Source: Candidatus Obscuribacterales bacterium
GTDB taxonomy: Bacteria > Cyanobacteriota > Vampirovibrionia > Obscuribacterales > Obscuribacteraceae
Direction: 5' to 3'
Assembly: GCA_965228855.1 (NCBI GenBank)
Contig: CBDDIJ010000003.1
Location: 2,592,001-2,656,000, forward strand
Length of the DNA: 64,000 bases
Shown here in pieces: positions 60,843 to 64,000 of this stretch (positions are counted from its first letter, which is position 1; every line of letters begins with the position of its first letter). The notes below the pieces were generated by a model, which ran no database searches, had not been told where the DNA came from, and saw only the letters and a list, made by a program, of their open reading frames with translations. A program made the translations under genes and the position numbers.

Positions 60843-63800
60843 CTAGAGCCAATGGCTATATTGCAGTCCAGCTGAAACCAAGCAGATACCGATCGCTATG
60901 TAGGCAAACATTCTGAAACCGCGGTTGGTGGCATTGTCTGCCTCCTGCCCAGGTCCGACCATGAGAGAACGCCAGAAGCAAAAGAAAGCCATAATTGCCA
61001 TCGTGATCGGCAGCGAATGGTAGAGAACAAAAATTGGCAATTGCTGATTCTTTGCAATCCAAACTTTCGTAGGTCGCTCCGGCGGGACAGCTGCGGTCGC
61101 GCTCTTCGCAGCCTGGGCAATCTTGCAATTACTCATATCTTTTCCGCCCATCGAGCCGAGCGTGACAACCTGCCCCCCATCTCGAAGACGGAAGAAATTG
61201 CCGTTTCGATCCGCGCCTCTGACGAAAAAGCCGACGCCCTTAGCTACCCCGGCTGTAGAATCGACAATTGCGTAGCCACGAACTTCTCCTCTCGTGAAAT
61301 TGTCCTCTCCAAGGATAAGTGAGCCGTTCTGCAGCATAGAGATAAGCTCCTGCCGATTCCCGCGACTCTCCGGAAGCACCTGCAGTTTCAAAAATCCGGA
61401 TTGGCCGGTGAATGGGTTTGCGTACATATAAGCCTGCGACTGAAGCTGGGCGGCTTTGGTCGGATATCCCTGTCCGGCAGCCGCGAACGCCGCTCCGGCA
61501 GAGGCAAACTTAGCCATTTTTTCTACAACGAGAAAGTCAGGCGCTTTTCTATCGAAAAGAATGGTGCCCGTGTCGGTGATCATTCCCTCGGGGACATGAT
61601 TGAACCAGATCTGTTTCTCCATCAATGAATCAACCGCCTGCATAGCGATTGTCGACCAACTTCCGTCGTAAATCACATATGGAGCGGTAATAGCACTCGG
61701 ACCATCAACCAGCGTGCAACTAGTCGTTCCAACGGCAAGTCGCATAGAAGTATCCGGGCTGGCGTAAACCTCGGCATTTGCCTGCGCCGCACCTGCGCCG
61801 GTGAGCACCTGTCCGGTCGCAGGCGGAGGCGCCTTTGAAGCGGTCAGGGAGATAAACACATAACCGCCAACAAATAAAATTACCAGCACCACCACTGGTA
61901 TCAGATATTCTTTTAGTGCTCTAACATTGGATACGAAATCTTCACTCTTCGATGCGGCAGCGCGAGCGGTTTTCACCTTTTTGACCGGCGCATCCTTGGA
62001 CGGTTGTCCAGGATGGAAACCGGACTCTTCACCCATATCCTCATACTCGACAGGCTCGTATGCAATTGGCGGAGCCTTCCTGCGACCCGTATCGAATTGC
62101 TTCTCAGGCGCGGTCGGCAGGGTTACGCCCTCGTGCCAGCCAGAGTCGGAAGCACTGTTATTGGGTCTGAATGCAGGGGGCATCGAAGGTGGCTCTGCTT
62201 CAACTCCCTGAGCCTGAGCTTTCAAATCCGCCACCTTTTGAGCAAGGTGATCGAGATACGGGTCCGGCTTATTCCGCCTGCCGCTCTCGGAAAACGAGTC
62301 CTGTCCTGGTGGTGCACCTAGGGGTGCGCCGACTGAAGATTGCAAGCCGCCAGCGCTCGAGCCTCTCATCTCCGGCTGATTGAGAGCCGGCGAGCTGGCA
62401 TCCGGAAATCGAGGAGGTCCATCCATGCGACCTTCAAAAGGTCGCGGCTCTGTATTCGGCGCCTCGAAGGGGCGAAATTCACTGTTGCCGCCACGAGGAA
62501 AGCTCGGTTGCAAGCCGGGACTCGGAGGAACGGGAGTTGGACGAATGGGCGGTTCTGAAGCCGAGCCGCCAAACGGATTGGACAACTGCTGAGCATCAGG
62601 AGAGGACGGAAATCCAGTGGGACCAGAGAAATTTTGAGGCGGCATGCTTTGCGGTGGCATGTTCGGCGGTGGCATGCTTTGCTGCGGCATGCTTTGCTGC
62701 GGCATGTTCGGCGGCGGCATGTTCTGCGGGGGTGATGGTGGGTTCTGAGCTGCAGCCGAAACGGGCAGCGGAGTGTATCCCGGCGGAGGAGCGTATCCAG
62801 GCGGGGGAGTGTATCCCGGTGGAGGCACAAGAGGTGTCGAGGGGCGCGGAGGAGAACCATTCATCGGCGGGTGCGCCTGAGTATTTGGCGGAACGGGCAT
62901 GCTACCGTTAGCAGGGACACCTTGATAGGGCATCGTATTCGGTGGCATGCCGGCATTGCCCGATGGTGTTACCGGTGGTGCGTCGAACAGACCAAGTTCG
63001 TTTAACAACTGAGCGCCAACAGAACGGATACCAGGGTCTTGAGCGCCGCTGGTATCAAATGGTGCACTCTGCACGGAAACAGAGCCATTATTACCAAATG
63101 GACTGCCTGGAGGATGCTCTCCTCCTCCCCGGTTGAACGGATCATTCAAAGTTTGTGGATCGCTGCCTGAGCCGGGCGAATTCTGAGGCGCCTGCATATC
63201 CGCCCACGACGTACTCTCCAGCCCCTCAAGAATATTCTCGTCCACGGTCGGCAACATCATGTGCGGCGGCAGAGCGGCTTTTGCCGGTTGTTGCAGGCCT
63301 GGAACTTGCGGCGGACCCGCCATCGATGGCATCGACGGCATTGCTGGTGCCGGCGGCATTGACGGCGGAAACATGGACGGCGGGCCAGGAGACATGGCTG
63401 GCGGAGCCATGGGTGGGCCGTTCTGCATTTCAGTCGGCATAGACGGTGGAGCCCCGGAGGGCATGTTCTGCATCATGGGCGGAGCAGCGGGCATGGCTGG
63501 CGGCGGCGCCATGGAGGGCGGCACCATCGACGGCGGATGTTCAACAGGTGCTGAACCTGGCATTCCTGGATAATTCGGCATAGGCGGAAGAGGAGGAGGG
63601 GGAGCCTTTTCCAACACGCCGACGGGTTCCGGAACTTTGATTACCGGACTGTTAACGGTGTTCTCTTTCCAGGCCTGGGCGGCTCGTTTGTTCTCCTCCA
63701 TGCGCTCAAGCAGAACTTCGTATCGCCCCTGCAGTTGCATTGCGAGCTGATGGTTCGGCGGCAAATGCTGTTTTGCGGTAGCGATCGCGAATTCATAAGT

Positions 63801-63998
63801 GGAGCGAGCCTCAACGAAAGAACCGACAAGCTCCTGTGTTCGGGCAATTTTAAACATCAAGTTGATGACGTCAGGATCGCTGTCACCTAACATTCCACGG
63901 GCGATCTGGCAGAGCCGTTCGTAAAGAGGCAGGCAATCTCGAAAGGCGTTCATTTGATAGAGTGCATCTGCCAGACGCTGAACGACCAGCACCGTATC
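60843..63998 (-). CDS. Large membrane protein with N-terminal TPR, Pro/Met-rich linker and TM segments (5' truncated by window)
   Basis: Frame open to the window edge; PPGYTP and MPxQS repeats; TM IPVVVLVILFVGGYVFI plus two C-terminal TMs. Confidence 0.8.
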   Translation of the reverse strand, partial: DTVLVVQRLADALYQMNAFRDCLPLYERLCQIARGMLGDSDPDVINLMFKIARTQELVGSFVEARSTYEFAIATAKQHLPPNHQLAMQLQGRYEVLLERMEENKRAAQAWKENTVNSPVIKVPEPVGVLEKAPPPPLPPMPNYPGMPGSAPVEHPPSMVPPSMAPPPAMPAAPPMMQNMPSGAPPSMPTEMQNGPPMAPPAMSPGPPSMFPPSMPPAPAMPSMPSMAGPPQVPGLQQPAKAALPPHMMLPTVDENILEGLESTSWADMQAPQNSPGSGSDPQTLNDPFNRGGGEHPPGSPFGNNGSVSVQSAPFDTSGAQDPGIRSVGAQLLNELGLFDAPPVTPSGNAGMPPNTMPYQGVPANGSMPVPPNTQAHPPMNGSPPRPSTPLVPPPGYTPPPGYAPPPGYTPLPVSAAAQNPPSPPQNMPPPNMPQQSMPQQSMPPPNMPPQSMPPQNFSGPTGFPSSPDAQQLSNPFGGSASEPPIRPTPVPPSPGLQPSFPRGGNSEFRPFEAPNTEPRPFEGRMDGPPRFPDASSPALNQPEMRGSSAGGLQSSVGAPLGAPPGQDSFSESGRRNKPDPYLDHLAQKVADLKAQAQGVEAEPPSMPPAFRPNNSASDSGWHEGVTLPTAPEKQFDTGRRKAPPIAYEPVEYEDMGEESGFHPGQPSKDAPVKKVKTARAAASKSEDFVSNVRALKEYLIPVVVLVILFVGGYVFISLTASKAPPPATGQVLTGAGAAQANAEVYASPDTSMRLAVGTTSCTLVDGPSAITAPYVIYDGSWSTIAMQAVDSLMEKQIWFNHVPEGMITDTGTILFDRKAPDFLVVEKMAKFASAGAAFAAAGQGYPTKAAQLQSQAYMYANPFTGQSGFLKLQVLPESRGNRQELISMLQNGSLILGEDNFTRGEVRGYAIVDSTAGVAKGVGFFVRGADRNGNFFRLRDGGQVVTLGSMGGKDMSNCKIAQAAKSATAAVPPERPTKVWIAKNQQLPIFVLYHSLPITMAIMAFFCFWRSLMVGPGQEADNATNRGFRMFAYIAIGICLVSAGLQYSHWL

Positions 63999-64000
63999 CG

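Overview
Bacterial chromosomal window, most likely from a non-photosynthetic relative of Cyanobacteria (Vampirovibrionia/Melainabacteria, possibly Obscuribacterales). This placement is an inference from cyanobacteria-like S14 termini, RpoA CTD, a PlmA-like regulator, the rplQ-truA-rplM-rpsI order and many TPR/vWA proteins. 0.6-21.4 kb holds the S10-spc-alpha ribosomal superoperon (rpsJ to rplQ with secY, adk, map, infA, rpoA), a ~1.4 kb insert carrying an orphan XRE/HigA-like gene, then truA-rplM-rpsI. The rest is a mix of housekeeping and lineage-specific genes: vWA, Zn-ribbon and TMTC-like membrane proteins; a trxB-HDO-yyaL-proB-proA run; CHAD protein; two glycosyltransferases; PlmA-like GntR; a DUF1611 plus enolase-family epimerase pair; grpE-dnaK-dnaJ plus a beta-propeller; thrS; NlpC/P60; S9 peptidase; dnaB with two inteins; acsA; TPR proteins. 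No rRNA, tRNA, CRISPR array or transposase was recognised. Best leads: (1) an unannotated, apparently leaderless Thr-rich leader peptide with antiterminator and terminator upstream of thrS; (2) a TrxB with a long tail ending Gly-Cys-Cys, coupled to a heme-oxygenase-like diiron enzyme; (3) DnaK and GrpE with extra Cys motifs; (4) several structured intergenic RNAs; (5) extended ribosomal and RNAP proteins and an intermediate-length S14. All calls were made by eye without database searches.
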